Shown: positions 19,553 through 30,157, numbered from the stretch's first letter. The stretch is 64,000 bases of DNA from an uncultured Candidatus Saccharibacteria bacterium (GCA_964557535.1 CAZLAD010000002.1:85560-149559); one strand, 5' to 3'. The notes: generated by a model from the letters alone, not told the origin. Numbers and translations: made by a program.

Positions 19553-20695
19553 CTATAACCCTGTAGAAAATATCGCATTTAGTATCTCTTTTGTTTTTGG
19601 CCCCACTACCCCATCAGCTTTTAGACCATTGGCTTTTTGAAAATCCTTGACGGCCTGAAGCGTACACGGACCGAAGTTTCCTGTAAACGGACAGTCGTTC
19701 ATCGTCTTTGGCGGGTAGAAACCAATTTCGCGCAGACCATATTGGAGCGCCATAACGTCATTTGACAGACTCTTGCCTATCGGCTCTTTGCCCCATGAAT
19801 ACAAAAGGTTCTTCATGTCTTGGCGACCATTTAGATAATCATAAATTCCTCGTGTAGTGGCTCTAGCCATAACAAACGCCGACAAATCAAAAACCTCCGG
19901 TCGAGTTTGCGGTTCATAAATGTACGAATACTCGACGAGAACGCTCGGAATCTTTAGCGTTCGGTTTGACCCGAGGGCAATCAGATTAAAATCGGTAATA
20001 ACACCATTTTCGTCGGCCTTGTTCTTCTCGAGAGGCATGTCACTCACCGGAAAAGTCTGTTTCATTCTCTGGCCTATCGCTTCACCGATAATGATGGCGT
20101 CGTCGTGGTTTGGTAAATTTTCATCTGGGACATAAATAGAAAATCCAGAAAAGTCTCCACGCTCTTTTGGAGAATGGTTCGTGTCATCATTGAAATGAAT
20201 ATTGATAATGATATCGAAATCATTTTCACTGGCCCATTTGTTCACCCCATATAGTTGATAAGCAACTGTCGGCAACGCATCCGCGTGCGGAACTTGTTCG
20301 CCGGGATCAATTTCATTTTCACTAATCGCATTTTTAGTGCTTTCTTTGTGATTTTTTATAAATCTATTTATCTCTCGTTCTTCTTCATCAAAATATTCCT
20401 GAATTTCTGGTATATAGCCGTCGTCGTTTCTAGTTACCGTAACGCTTAATTGTGGATCTTTGGTTAGCTCTTCTTTGATCTTGTTGGCAAGTTGTAAATT
20501 TATAGCCTGCTCACTAACACCGTTGAAATATGCCCCCGAATATTTCTTGTCGTGACCTGGAATGACGAGAATTTTAATTGTTTCTCCCGCACGATAACGT
20601 AGAGCGTTTGGCAAAAACGCTTCTTCGCCAAATGACACTTTTGGTAAAAAACCAAAGATTATTATGATGGCGAAAATATTTAATTTCATAATCAA
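19553..20695 (-). CDS. N-acetylmuramoyl-L-alanine amidase with C-terminal peptidoglycan-binding domain
   Basis: PGHD, E-x-x-IN, NIHFN, SVLVE; AVKDFQKANGLKADGVVGPKT. Confidence 0.9.
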   Translation of the reverse strand: MIMKLNIFAIIIIFGFLPKVSFGEEAFLPNALRYRAGETIKILVIPGHDKKYSGAYFNGVSEQAINLQLANKIKEELTKDPQLSVTVTRNDDGYIPEIQEYFDEEEREINRFIKNHKESTKNAISENEIDPGEQVPHADALPTVAYQLYGVNKWASENDFDIIINIHFNDDTNHSPKERGDFSGFSIYVPDENLPNHDDAIIIGEAIGQRMKQTFPVSDMPLEKNKADENGVITDFNLIALGSNRTLKIPSVLVEYSYIYEPQTRPEVFDLSAFVMARATTRGIYDYLNGRQDMKNLLYSWGKEPIGKSLSNDVMALQYGLREIGFYPPKTMNDCPFTGNFGPCTLQAVKDFQKANGLKADGVVGPKTKEILNAIFSTGL

Positions 20696-21498
20696 TGTTT
20701 TATAGGCAAAACAACCCGAAACGTACTGCCGTGTCCCATGCCAGCAGAATACGCGGAAATCTCGCCGTGCAAAGCATGTACTATTTGCCTAGCCAAATAC
20801 AACCCAAGTCCCGAACCAGCCTCGGAAGCTTTCCCGGCTTTGCCACGCAAAAATTTATCAAAAAGCTCCGAAAGCTCCGCCTTATCAATACCAGGACCTG
20901 TGTCTTTGACCTCGACAACGGCCTTGTGATCTGGCTTCTTGAAACTTACACTGATTTCTCCTTTGTTGGTGTACTTAATAGCGTTATCAATCAAATTAAC
21001 AAAAACCTGTCGCAATTTATTTTGATCTGAACGAATAAAACATGGATTGTTATCGCCCTGAAAGACGAGTCTTAGACCCTTGGCCTCGGCCGACATGCGA
21101 AATTCCTCGACCAAACGACCAACGAAATCATGCAAATCAAATTCTTCGAATTTCATGACCATTCCGCCTTGTTCCATTTTTGAAATATCGAGTAAATCAT
21201 TGACTGTGCCGATGAGATCGTCAGTGGTCAAAAGCAGGTGGTTTACCGTTTCTATTGAAAACTTTTCTTTGAGTGAATCTAGTCCCCATTTTATAGAAGT
21301 AAGTGGACTGCGTAACTGATGTGTCGCAAAAGACAAAAATTCGTTTTTCCTTGCATCTAGATCTGTGAGGTTGGTGTTTAATTTCTGGAGCGCGTCTTTC
21401 TGTCGGCCTTGAGCTCTAGAATTTCTGATCAACAAAGCACCGATTGCCATCATAACAAGAAGCGTTCCAGTCAAAACGATATTTAGGGTTGTCTCCAT
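20692..21498 (-). CDS. Histidine kinase (single TM, HisKA, HATPase)
   Basis: HQLRSPL, NLIDNAIKY, DTGPG, GSGLGL. Confidence 0.93.
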   Translation of the reverse strand: METTLNIVLTGTLLVMMAIGALLIRNSRAQGRQKDALQKLNTNLTDLDARKNEFLSFATHQLRSPLTSIKWGLDSLKEKFSIETVNHLLLTTDDLIGTVNDLLDISKMEQGGMVMKFEEFDLHDFVGRLVEEFRMSAEAKGLRLVFQGDNNPCFIRSDQNKLRQVFVNLIDNAIKYTNKGEISVSFKKPDHKAVVEVKDTGPGIDKAELSELFDKFLRGKAGKASEAGSGLGLYLARQIVHALHGEISAYSAGMGHGSTFRVVLPIKH

Positions 21499-21565
21499 GC
21501 AAATATTTTAACACATTTACGAAACGATTTGCGTGTATTTTATAACATAGTAGAATTAAGCTCGT

Positions 21566-21681
21566 CCCGTTAGAGATGTTTTGTTTTACATAACTACGAA
21601 AGCGGTGACGTTACTATTTATAAAAGGTTTATCAAAATTTAATCAAGGTACGTCAGCCCAAGACTGACTATCTCTAACGGG
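21566..21681. mobile_element. 116-bp MITE-like element with 12-bp terminal inverted repeats
   Basis: CCCGTTAGAGAT ... ATCTCTAACGGG, ending 4 nt before the response regulator ATG. Confidence 0.8.
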
Positions 21682-21685
21682 ATAA

Positions 21686-22042
21686 ATGAAAAAAGTTTTA
21701 ATTATCGAAGACGATTCTTTCCTTCAAGGACTAGCCGCGAACAAACTTTCAAAAAGTGATTTTGCCGTTACAACAGCGAGCAAGGGCGAGGACGCGGTAA
21801 CAAAAATAGTCAACGAGAAATTTGACTGTATACTGCTTGACCTTATGCTTCCAGATATTTCAGGATTCGACATTTTGAAAAATATCAAAGACGCTCACCA
21901 AAAAGTCCCTGTCATCGTTTTCTCCAACCTTTCGGACGACAAAGATATCAAAAGAGCCATGGATTTGGGCGCCGAGGAATACCTCATCAAATCAAACTTC
22001 ACTCTCGAAGAACTCGTCGAAAAAGTCAAAAAAGCCGCGTAA
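21686..22042 (+). CDS. Single-domain response regulator
   Basis: IIEDD, LLDLMLP, GAEEYLIK. Confidence 0.93.
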   Translation: MKKVLIIEDDSFLQGLAANKLSKSDFAVTTASKGEDAVTKIVNEKFDCILLDLMLPDISGFDILKNIKDAHQKVPVIVFSNLSDDKDIKRAMDLGAEEYLIKSNFTLEELVEKVKKAA

Positions 22043-22057
22043 ACGACCCTTAAAAAT

Positions 22058-22165
22058 CTCCGCACTAAAAACAAGATGTTTTGCCTTAAAAGTCCGTTCT
22101 GTTTGAGGAGTGTCTAAACACTCCGAGTTAACGGATCTTTTTGGCTTAAAACATCTTGTTTTTAG
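22058..22165. repeat. Long intergenic hairpin element
   Basis: 18-bp perfect outer stem CTAAAAACAAGATGTTTT with nested stems. Confidence 0.75.
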
Positions 22166-22250
22166 GCTAGATTTTTTCTGGGTCTTGAATTTTTGGTTAC
22201 TTTTGCTTCAAGGCAAAAGTAACGGAGAGAGCTACTGTATAATAGAACTC

Positions 22251-24455
22251 ATGCAAATCTCGGAAAGGATTGAAGATAATTTTAGATTAACTCCAGACCA
22301 GAAAAAGGCTCTTTCGCGTCTCGGCTTGCAAACGATTGAAGATCTCCTATTTTACTTCCCCACCCGCTACAGCGACATAAGCGAAATCAAACTCATCCGC
22401 GATCTCGTCGCCGGCGATGTCGCGACAGTTTATGGCGAGATAAATAAACTCAAAGTCAAAAAAGCCTTTCGAAGCAAAATACCTATGGCCGAAGGCGTCA
22501 TCGATGACGGCACCGGCCGACTCAAAGTCACATGGTTTAACCAAGCCTACATCGGAAAAATGCTTCACGACGGACAGAAGGTTTCACTAACTGGAAAAAT
22601 TAGCGAAGGCAAATACGGCATGTCGATGTCGAATCCTGAATACGCGCCGACAGCTGGTCTCCCTATCGACATGCACAACACACTTTTCGCTGGAGAAAAT
22701 TCCGAAGAATTTTCATATCCAATTTATCCCGAAACTCGCGGCATCACTTCAAAATGGATTTATCACGCCGTGCAAAAAATTGTTGGGAGTGGAATCATAA
22801 AAAGTCTGAACGAATATATTCCGGAGGAGATTTTAGAAAAGTATCATTTACCGAAACTTTCAACAGCGCTGGTATGGATCCATATGCCAAAGAAAAAATC
22901 TGACGCCGATTCAGCTCGAAAACGTTTTGCCTTCGAAGAAGTTTTTATGATTCAGCTCGAAAAAGCCCGCGAGCGCGAAGAAAATCGCGAGAAAAAATCT
23001 TTTAAAATTTCTGTCGACAAAAAAGATATTCTGGATTTTACAAAACGCTTTCCATTCGAAATGACGGCCGGACAAAAATCAGCAATCGATGACATACTTC
23101 AAGACTTCCAAAAAGAATATCCGATGTCGCGACTTCTCGAAGGAGACGTTGGTTCGGGCAAAACAGCCGTCGCAGCCACGGCAGCGTATGCGGTGATCAA
23201 CAATAAGCCCTTCGACGTTGCTCGGGGCCGTTTGCAGACCTTCGGAAATCTGCAAACGGCCTACATGGCGCCGACGGAGATCTTGGCCAATCAACATTTT
23301 GAAAGTTTTATAAAATATTTTACTCACCCGTCCGAACGAGACGGTTCGGCTCGGGCGGGTACCGGCATCCAGGTCGGACTAATCACCGGCTCGGGATGCA
23401 AGAAGTTTCCGTCAAAAATAAACCCGACGGAGTGGACGGATATTTCAAAAGCCCAACTACTAAAATGGGTGGCCAATGGCGAAATCCCAATCCTTATCGG
23501 CACACACGCCCTCATTTACAAGTCCGTCAAGTTCAAACATTTGGCGCTTACCATCGTCGACGAACAGCATCGCTTCGGAACAAAACAACGCGGCAAATTG
23601 GCGAAAAAAGATGAATTTGCACCACATTTTCTGTCGATGACGGCGACGCCTATTCCCCGCACGCTCGCGCTCACCATCTACGGCGACCTCGATTTGACGC
23701 TCCTAGATGAAATGCCGGCTGGCCGAAAAAAAGTCATCACTGAAATCATCGCGCCCAACAAACGTGACGAAACATATGATTTTATAAAAAGTGAAATGGC
23801 AAACGGTCGCCAGCTCTACGTCATCTGCCCGAGAATTGATGAACCTGATCCGGATAAAGAATTTGCGTTACAGGCAAAGTCGGTCAAAGCCGAGGCACAG
23901 AGATTGAAACGTGAAATTTTCCCCGACAAAACAATCGGCATTCTGCATAGCAAAATGACACCAGCCGAAAAAGAACGCGTCATGGAAAAATTTGAAAAAG
24001 CCGAAATTGATATTTTATGCGCGACGTCAGTCGTCGAAGTCGGCGTGAACGTCCCAAACGCTACACTCATCATAATTGAAGGCGCGGAAAGATTCGGCCT
24101 GGCCCAACTTCACCAGCTTCGTGGACGTGTTATACGTTCGAACCATCAGGCGTATTGTTTCGTCATGCCAGAAAGCGTTAGCAAGAAAAGTGTGGATAGA
24201 TTGAAAGCTTTGAAGACTGCCAAAAATGGATTTGAACTTTCGGAACTCGACTTACAACTTCGCGGTTCAGGAGACCTAGCTGGCATGAAGCAATGGGGCG
24301 TCACAGACCTTGGTATGGAAGCGATCAAAAATATTAAAATGGTCGAAGCCGCGCGAAACGAAGCGCGTGAAATCGTAACCAACAACCTCCTGCCTAAATT
24401 CCCCGCCCTAGAAACTGAATTCCTAAAACGAGAAAAGAAAATTCACTTTGAATAA
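22251..24455 (+). CDS. recG: ATP-dependent DNA helicase RecG
   Basis: GDVGSGKT, DEQHRFG, TATPIPR, AERFGLAQLHQLRGRV; start moved to 22251. Confidence 0.97.
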   Translation: MQISERIEDNFRLTPDQKKALSRLGLQTIEDLLFYFPTRYSDISEIKLIRDLVAGDVATVYGEINKLKVKKAFRSKIPMAEGVIDDGTGRLKVTWFNQAYIGKMLHDGQKVSLTGKISEGKYGMSMSNPEYAPTAGLPIDMHNTLFAGENSEEFSYPIYPETRGITSKWIYHAVQKIVGSGIIKSLNEYIPEEILEKYHLPKLSTALVWIHMPKKKSDADSARKRFAFEEVFMIQLEKAREREENREKKSFKISVDKKDILDFTKRFPFEMTAGQKSAIDDILQDFQKEYPMSRLLEGDVGSGKTAVAATAAYAVINNKPFDVARGRLQTFGNLQTAYMAPTEILANQHFESFIKYFTHPSERDGSARAGTGIQVGLITGSGCKKFPSKINPTEWTDISKAQLLKWVANGEIPILIGTHALIYKSVKFKHLALTIVDEQHRFGTKQRGKLAKKDEFAPHFLSMTATPIPRTLALTIYGDLDLTLLDEMPAGRKKVITEIIAPNKRDETYDFIKSEMANGRQLYVICPRIDEPDPDKEFALQAKSVKAEAQRLKREIFPDKTIGILHSKMTPAEKERVMEKFEKAEIDILCATSVVEVGVNVPNATLIIIEGAERFGLAQLHQLRGRVIRSNHQAYCFVMPESVSKKSVDRLKALKTAKNGFELSELDLQLRGSGDLAGMKQWGVTDLGMEAIKNIKMVEAARNEAREIVTNNLLPKFPALETEFLKREKKIHFE
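23207..23228. repeat. 22-nt palindromic element in frame in recG
   Basis: GCCCTTCGACGTTGCTCGGGGC, encoding PFDVARG. Confidence 0.6.
23327..23359. repeat. 33-nt palindromic element in frame in recG
   Basis: CCCGTCCGAAC-GAGAC-GGTTC-GGCTC-GGGCGGG. Confidence 0.75.
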
Positions 24456-24488
24456 AAACAAAACCACCCTTTCGGGTGGTTTTGTTTG
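24456..24488. terminator. Bidirectional intrinsic terminator
   Basis: AAAACCACCC-TTTC-GGGTGGTTTT. Confidence 0.85.
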
Positions 24489-24494
24489 CAAATT

Positions 24495-25718
24495 TTATTT
24501 TTTAGCTAACTTCTCTTGCAATGAATTAATAATGACTGCATTTGCTATGTTCTGCCAAAGAACGGCACTTTTACCAGTTCTATTAGGATTACTACCATAC
24601 TCTTTCGTGTGGGCTTCTAGGATTTGACCAACTAGTTTTGAACCGTGTTTCTCCAAAAAATCTTCTGGAGCAACAGCCCAATCAAGTTCACCTTCTCTTT
24701 CTTCGAGTAAGAAACGTAGAGATGCGAATATAGGCATTATAAAACCTTTTGCAAGCCTGTAATCAACAATCTCTCCTGTGAAAGGTAACTTAATCTCTAA
24801 TGCTTTTTTATTTTCACCTTTCCCTCTATATTTTTCAACGCCTTTTATTCTACCGAAAATTTTAGTACCTGAATTTTTGGCGTAATCTTCAAAATTTTTG
24901 TAGAGATATTCGTATAATCTGACAATAGAAGGAAGTAGATGGTATATCTTTTCATAGGATGAACGATTTTTCTTGTTCGACCATTTTTTGAAACAAGAAT
25001 TGAGACCTGTATATGTAACTGTTGGTTGATTTGTTTCCGAATAAAGTTCTCTGTTAAGGGCCGTCATAAGTGCTATGAGTTCTTCGATTGGGAATACCGC
25101 TTCGTCGTCGCCTATATCCTGATTTTGATAGAAAATTATTTTCCTACTCAAACTTCCTAGTGCTTCTTTTATTGGATCAAACTCTTTATTTTGGTTACTT
25201 ATTGATTTTTCATCAACCTGCACACTTGTATTTCTCGCCCTCGCCAATTTAGTAGCAAATTCATCTGCCCCTTCTATGACTGTTACAAATATGGGTAGAT
25301 CTTTGAGTGATTCATCTTTTATTACTTTCTTCAATACTTCATATGTATGTCCCCCATCGACAAGACCTCCTTCTGAATTACCTTCTTCATCCTGACCAAA
25401 ATCAATAATTACTCTCTTGTCTTGATCATTAACTGCTGGAAAGTGTACCTTTTTAGCAATTAAGAGTAGTCCTCTGTTACAATCTGTGAAATATTCTGGT
25501 TCATCTTCCAAGGTTTCTAACATTTGTTTACATGGTTTACTATTGATATCAGGTTTTCTCGGATTAGGTACTAGTGGTATATCTTGAGGAAGGTCTTTAA
25601 GTAAAATAAAAAGGAAATGCGTCTTTATGACATCATTCCCCTCTGTGTCGTTATAATGCAACTTGCGAGTTATAGTCCTAGATTGTGAGTAATTAAACTC
25701 AAGATTTGTGTTCGTCAT
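24495..25718 (-). CDS. AIPR family protein
   Basis: NPR, NRGL, GLVDGGHT, RNTSVQV motifs resemble the AIPR (ParB-like) family; visibly AT-rich. Confidence 0.7.
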   Translation of the reverse strand: MTNTNLEFNYSQSRTITRKLHYNDTEGNDVIKTHFLFILLKDLPQDIPLVPNPRKPDINSKPCKQMLETLEDEPEYFTDCNRGLLLIAKKVHFPAVNDQDKRVIIDFGQDEEGNSEGGLVDGGHTYEVLKKVIKDESLKDLPIFVTVIEGADEFATKLARARNTSVQVDEKSISNQNKEFDPIKEALGSLSRKIIFYQNQDIGDDEAVFPIEELIALMTALNRELYSETNQPTVTYTGLNSCFKKWSNKKNRSSYEKIYHLLPSIVRLYEYLYKNFEDYAKNSGTKIFGRIKGVEKYRGKGENKKALEIKLPFTGEIVDYRLAKGFIMPIFASLRFLLEEREGELDWAVAPEDFLEKHGSKLVGQILEAHTKEYGSNPNRTGKSAVLWQNIANAVIINSLQEKLAKK

Positions 25719-25861
25719 ATATTTCTTATCTATAAAATTAATAATTTTACGTCAACTCAAAGCAGGGTTACTTTGGCCAACTTTGATCTGCGACAAGGTT
25801 GTCTTCAAATCAACATTGAAATTATATACTATGGAATATCTATTGTCAAAAAAATATTTTG

Positions 25862-25935
25862 TCCACCCTCCACGACTCGAACGTGGGACCCTCGAGGTAT
25901 AAGCTCGATGCTCTAACCAACTGAGCTAAGGGTGG
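25862..25935 (-). tRNA. tRNA-Ile(TAT)
   Basis: Acceptor CCACCCT/AGGGTGG-A, anticodon stem TCGAG/CTCGA with loop CT-TAT-AC; promoter TTGAAA-17-CATAAT. Confidence 0.92.
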
Positions 25936-25979
25936 TCGGTCGCCCCATTATGCCTATTCGAGGGGGCGATTTCAAGCGA

Positions 25980-27941
25980 CTATTTCTTCAAGTCTTTCTT
26001 CTCGACATCTGTCATTTCTGGTTTTGGATCACCTTTTTTCTTTGATTCGGGGAGAACTTTTGGTTCGATGCCGAATTTTTTGATGAGTTCGTTGTATTCT
26101 TTTTGCTCCAGCGTTTCTTTTTCTATCAAAGCATTGGCAATTGCATCGAGGACTTCTCGCTTTTCGGCCAAAACTTTCTCGGCGACTTTCAAGCTATCAT
26201 CGATAATCTTTTTAACTTCTGAATCGATCGTCATGTTCATCTGATCAGAATATTCTTTCTCGCCAAATCCGCGTCCAAACATTACTTCCGAGTCATGTCC
26301 TTCGAGAGCAATCGGACCGATGGCGTCAGACATACCCCACTTCGTCACCATGGCGCGGGCCAATCGTGAAGCAACTTGTAGATCCGAAGAAGGTCCCGTT
26401 GTAACATCTCCAAAAATCATTTTCTCGGCTACATACCCGCCCAAAGACATGACGATGTCGTCGAGAAATTCTTTTCGTGTTTGAAGTTTGCGTTCTTCAA
26501 GTGGAAGCTTCATAGTAAATCCACCAGCGCGTCCGCGCGAAACGATTGTCACTTTATGAACTGGATCAGCGTCTGGAAGTACCGAGGCGATGAGCGCATG
26601 ACCGGCTTCGTGATACGCAGTGATTTTCTTTTCTTTTGGTGTGAGCAAATGACTTTTGCGTTCTGGACCAATGAGAACTTTTTCGATCGAGCTCAATACG
26701 TCTTCTTGGACCACCTTTTTTCGATCAGCGCGCGCGGCACGGATTGCGGCCTCGTTCATAAGCGACGCAAGGTCTGCGCCAGAAAATCCTGGTGTTCTCT
26801 CAGCTACAACTTTCAAATCAATATCAGTTTCAAGAGGTTTTTTCCTCGAGTGAATTTTGAGAATTTCTTCGCGGTCGCGTCTGTCTGGCAAATCAACCAT
26901 CACACGCCTATCAAATCGTCCGGGACGCAGAAGCGCTGGGTCGAGAACATCAGATCTGTTTGTCGCCGCCATGACGATAACTTTTTGATTTTGTTCGAAG
27001 CCATCCATTTCAGTCAAAATTTGGTTCAATGTTTGTTCGCGCTCGTCATTTCCACCACCAAATCCACTTCCTCGTTTGCGACCAACAGCATCAATCTCGT
27101 CGATAAAGACGATTGCCGGTGCGGCACGTTTGGCCATTTTGAAAAGATCGCGCACACGCGACGCGCCGACACCAACAAACATTTCCACGAAATCAGATCC
27201 AGATAAATGAAAGAATGGCACATTCGCTTCCCCAGCAACAGCTCTTGCAAGCAATGTCTTGCCTGTTCCTGGAGCACCTTCGAGAAGCACACCTTTTGGA
27301 ATTGAGGCGCCAATGTCTATAAACTTTTTCGGATTTTTCAAGAAGTCGACAATTTCTTCGAGTTCGGTTTTCGCCTCGCGGACACCGGCCACATCTTTGA
27401 ATGTCACGCGATTATTTTTGTCATCGGGATCCGTAAGTTTGGCTTTTGACTGACCAAAAGAAAATGCTTGCATACCGGCACCTTTTGCCTGACGAGACAA
27501 AAACCAAAAGAAAAGCAAAATAAAAATTACCGGGATCAAAAATGGCAACAAGTTGCCGATCCAATACCAAAACCCTGATTCGTTTTTGATTTCAATGTTT
27601 GATCGACTTAAATCATCGGCGGTTACGCCATAATTTGACAACGTTTCAGTCAGAGATGACTCTAATTCTTTTTTGGAAGTAACGACCGTACTCGACACAT
27701 CGTTTAAAGTAATTTCAAGTTTTTCTCCTTCAACTAAAATACTTTTTATTTCGCCCGCTTTTATTTTTTGGGACAAGGCAGAAAGCGTGATGTTTTCTGG
27801 TTTTGATTTATCAGAAGCAAAAAGAGAATACAGGGCCATAATAGTCAGGAGTATCAGAAAAACGCTCCACAATTTCGACATGAAACCGCCGTCGTTTTTC
27901 TTTTTGTTCTTATTTTTCTTGTTATCTTTCAATATTTCCAT
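25980..27941 (-). CDS. ftsH: ATP-dependent zinc metalloprotease FtsH
   Basis: Two TMs, [20 protein letters not shown]; start uncertain. Confidence 0.97.
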   Translation of the reverse strand: MEILKDNKKNKNKKKNDGGFMSKLWSVFLILLTIMALYSLFASDKSKPENITLSALSQKIKAGEIKSILVEGEKLEITLNDVSSTVVTSKKELESSLTETLSNYGVTADDLSRSNIEIKNESGFWYWIGNLLPFLIPVIFILLFFWFLSRQAKGAGMQAFSFGQSKAKLTDPDDKNNRVTFKDVAGVREAKTELEEIVDFLKNPKKFIDIGASIPKGVLLEGAPGTGKTLLARAVAGEANVPFFHLSGSDFVEMFVGVGASRVRDLFKMAKRAAPAIVFIDEIDAVGRKRGSGFGGGNDEREQTLNQILTEMDGFEQNQKVIVMAATNRSDVLDPALLRPGRFDRRVMVDLPDRRDREEILKIHSRKKPLETDIDLKVVAERTPGFSGADLASLMNEAAIRAARADRKKVVQEDVLSSIEKVLIGPERKSHLLTPKEKKITAYHEAGHALIASVLPDADPVHKVTIVSRGRAGGFTMKLPLEERKLQTRKEFLDDIVMSLGGYVAEKMIFGDVTTGPSSDLQVASRLARAMVTKWGMSDAIGPIALEGHDSEVMFGRGFGEKEYSDQMNMTIDSEVKKIIDDSLKVAEKVLAEKREVLDAIANALIEKETLEQKEYNELIKKFGIEPKVLPESKKKGDPKPEMTDVEKKDLKK

Positions 27942-27992
27942 AATTTTTAAGTGTTTTGGATAAAACGTCCCGCTATTATACAATGAAAACCT

Positions 27993-28448
27993 ATGTCAGG
28001 AAAGCCGGAAACATTATTAAAAAACGCCAAATTTGGCCGAGATTACGAAACGATCGAGAAATACGAAGCGGGTATTTCCTTGCGCGGATTTGAGGTCAAA
28101 TCACTCAAAGATCACCAGGGCTCTATCAGCGAATCTTATGTCGCTATCCGTAATGGCGAGGCCTACCTTCTAAACGCCCATATCCCCGCCTACCAGCCCA
28201 AAAATACCCCCGAGGGCTTCGACCCGTACCAAGAGCGCAAACTGCTCCTATCGAAGCGTGAGCTCACCGAACTTGCTGACAAAGTCAAACGCGGTAACTT
28301 GACAATTATGCCTATTTCAATGTATAATAATGGCAAGAAAATCAAGGTAAACTTGGCTTTGGCGCGCGGTAAGAAAAAGTTCGACAAGCGTCTTAGTATA
28401 AAGAAAGCGGACATTGAAAGAGACTTGGGCCGAAGATTGAAAAATTAG
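27993..28448 (+). CDS. smpB: SsrA-binding protein
   Basis: [28 protein letters not shown]; adjacent to tmRNA. Confidence 0.96.
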   Translation: MSGKPETLLKNAKFGRDYETIEKYEAGISLRGFEVKSLKDHQGSISESYVAIRNGEAYLLNAHIPAYQPKNTPEGFDPYQERKLLLSKRELTELADKVKRGNLTIMPISMYNNGKKIKVNLALARGKKKFDKRLSIKKADIERDLGRRLKN

Positions 28449-28508
28449 GACTTTGAAAATTTATTCCCGGCCGTTCACGATGGCTTGATGATTATTCGTC
28501 TGGCTTTC

Positions 28509-28884
28509 GGGGATGACCGGCTTTGACATTTGATTCCCTTTTGTTAGCGCATGTCGAGCTGAAGTAACTCGTCAAACTGCTTCAAACCCTTAGATGCAAA
28601 ATCTAAAGGACTAGTGAAGTCTCCATTTCAAATGAAGGCTTTCACTCCAGCTTTCGCGTAAGCCAGGGCTGGTGTCATTCATTCTGAATCCTGATACGGA
28701 TGAATGGCATAATAAAATCGGGATAAGCGCTCGGCCTTCTCGCCCGCGCGACAAAAATCTAGAGATCGATTCGTGTTTGTTTTGTTTATCCTATAGAACA
28801 CGTCTCTAAATCAAAAGATAAACTACACATGTAGACCCTAGCAGAAGCATCTTATGGACGGGGGTTCAATTCCCCCCATCTCCA
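28509..28884 (+). ncRNA. ssrA: tmRNA
   Basis: 5' GGGGATG, 3' GGGTTCAATTCCC-CATCTCCA; tag frame 28596-28661 ends in AFA-stop. Confidence 0.95.
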
Positions 28885-28889
28885 CAATT

Positions 28890-28922
28890 AGCAAAAGACT
28901 CCTTCGGGGGTCTTTTGCTTTT
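28890..28922 (+). terminator. Terminator after ssrA
   Basis: AAAAGACTCC-TTCG-GGGGTCTTTT. Confidence 0.85.
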
Positions 28923-28962
28923 GGTGGTAAAATATAATTATTAGAAGCTTAAGAAATTTCTT

Positions 28963-29391
28963 ATGATCGAAATAAATTGGTTAGCAATTGTTGTGTGTGG
29001 AGTCGTGGCGATGATTATCGGCATGATTTGGCACAGTAAAGTTTTGTTTGGCCCTACATACATGAAAGCTATCGGCGCCGACCCAAATATGTCAAAGGAG
29101 AAAATGGCCGAGATTCAGAAAAAGATGTGGCAGCTCTATATCGCACAATTTGTTTTGGTGTTACTACAGGTCAGGGTTTTGTGGTATTACATCGCCGGAG
29201 CAATCCAAGTAATGTCTCCGATTTCAAATGCCTTCTGGATTTGGCTTGGATTCGTCCTACCAACACTTGCTGGACAATGGATGTGGAGCGCTCGTCCACG
29301 TAAATGGGCCTGGAAAGGATTTTTGATTTCCGCTGGATACAATCTCGTCCTCTTCATCGTCTTTGCGCTCATACTTGGAGCTTGGATGTAA
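28963..29391 (+). CDS. DUF1761-like membrane protein
   Basis: INWLAI, G-x-IW-x-x-x-x-LFG, WIWLGF; four TMs. Confidence 0.75.
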   Translation: MIEINWLAIVVCGVVAMIIGMIWHSKVLFGPTYMKAIGADPNMSKEKMAEIQKKMWQLYIAQFVLVLLQVRVLWYYIAGAIQVMSPISNAFWIWLGFVLPTLAGQWMWSARPRKWAWKGFLISAGYNLVLFIVFALILGAWM

Positions 29392-29402
29392 TCTAAAATT
29401 TA

Positions 29403-29438
29403 GAAAAGAAAAGCCCCGACATGTCGGGGCTTTTCTTT
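29403..29438. terminator. Bidirectional intrinsic terminator
   Basis: AAAAGCCCCGAC-AT-GTCGGGGCTTTT. Confidence 0.8.
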
Positions 29439-30157
29439 TAATCCAACGTATATTCCCCCACCCTTGTCCTCTTTATCGAATATGCGATCCCGCCCATTTC
29501 ATTTGCAATACTTCGAACATAAGTTCCCGAGGAACAATTTATTTTAAATTTTGCGATTTGGAATTTCTCTGGAGCATTTTCTAAAATGTTTTTCCAAGCA
29601 CTTTTGATTTCTTCTTGACGGAAATCACCATGAACGAGATTGATTCGGTGCTGAATTTCCATCAAAACATCTTTCGCGGAAATGAAGTGCTCCTCCAATT
29701 TATCTAAACTAAAAATCTCAATTTCTTTTGTCGGCGCCTCAAAATCAACTCCATCTCGCGCCATTTGAAAAAGTGGTTTTCCGTCTACCGTCTTTGACGA
29801 ATACGCCGGATATTTTTGTGTATGTTTTCCAACAAAACTATCCTCGCTACCCATTACCATTTTCTCGCGGTCGCGAATGTTTGGTAATCTTGGGATTCCG
29901 AGGATGTCGTATGTGTCGGTTTGAACTCCGAACAAAACTTCGAAAATGTATTCTTTATCGAGACCCAAATACTCATCTTTCTTCTTGCATTCCTCGCCCG
30001 TGAGCACTATCAAAAGCCCCTCAGCCATTGGGTCCAGCCGTCCAGCATAAGTCATGGGAACACCATTGTATTCTGAATTCTCTGCGCGAAATCTCTCCAG
30101 ACACTCAAGCGGCGTTTCGCCAAGATTTTTGTAGAGTTTTAAAACAATCTTATTCAT
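29438..30157 (-). CDS. truB: tRNA pseudouridine synthase B-like (short form)
   Basis: AGRLDPMAEG, TDTYD, PAYSS, CSSGTYVRS. Confidence 0.85.
   Translation of the reverse strand: MNKIVLKLYKNLGETPLECLERFRAENSEYNGVPMTYAGRLDPMAEGLLIVLTGEECKKKDEYLGLDKEYIFEVLFGVQTDTYDILGIPRLPNIRDREKMVMGSEDSFVGKHTQKYPAYSSKTVDGKPLFQMARDGVDFEAPTKEIEIFSLDKLEEHFISAKDVLMEIQHRINLVHGDFRQEEIKSAWKNILENAPEKFQIAKFKINCSSGTYVRSIANEMGGIAYSIKRTRVGEYTLD

Noticed and set aside
22110-22250. Extended N-termini in the ORF track (recG, HIT, infC, 5877-6701, 49681-50571, 55713)
   Set aside because: The extensions run through hairpins, promoters, the ribozyme or neighbouring genes; downstream starts fit better
26481-27206. Long antisense ORFs such as 26481-27206, 32084-32818 and 56663-57166
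   Set aside because: Shadow frames opposite well-supported genes (ftsH, purA, nusA)
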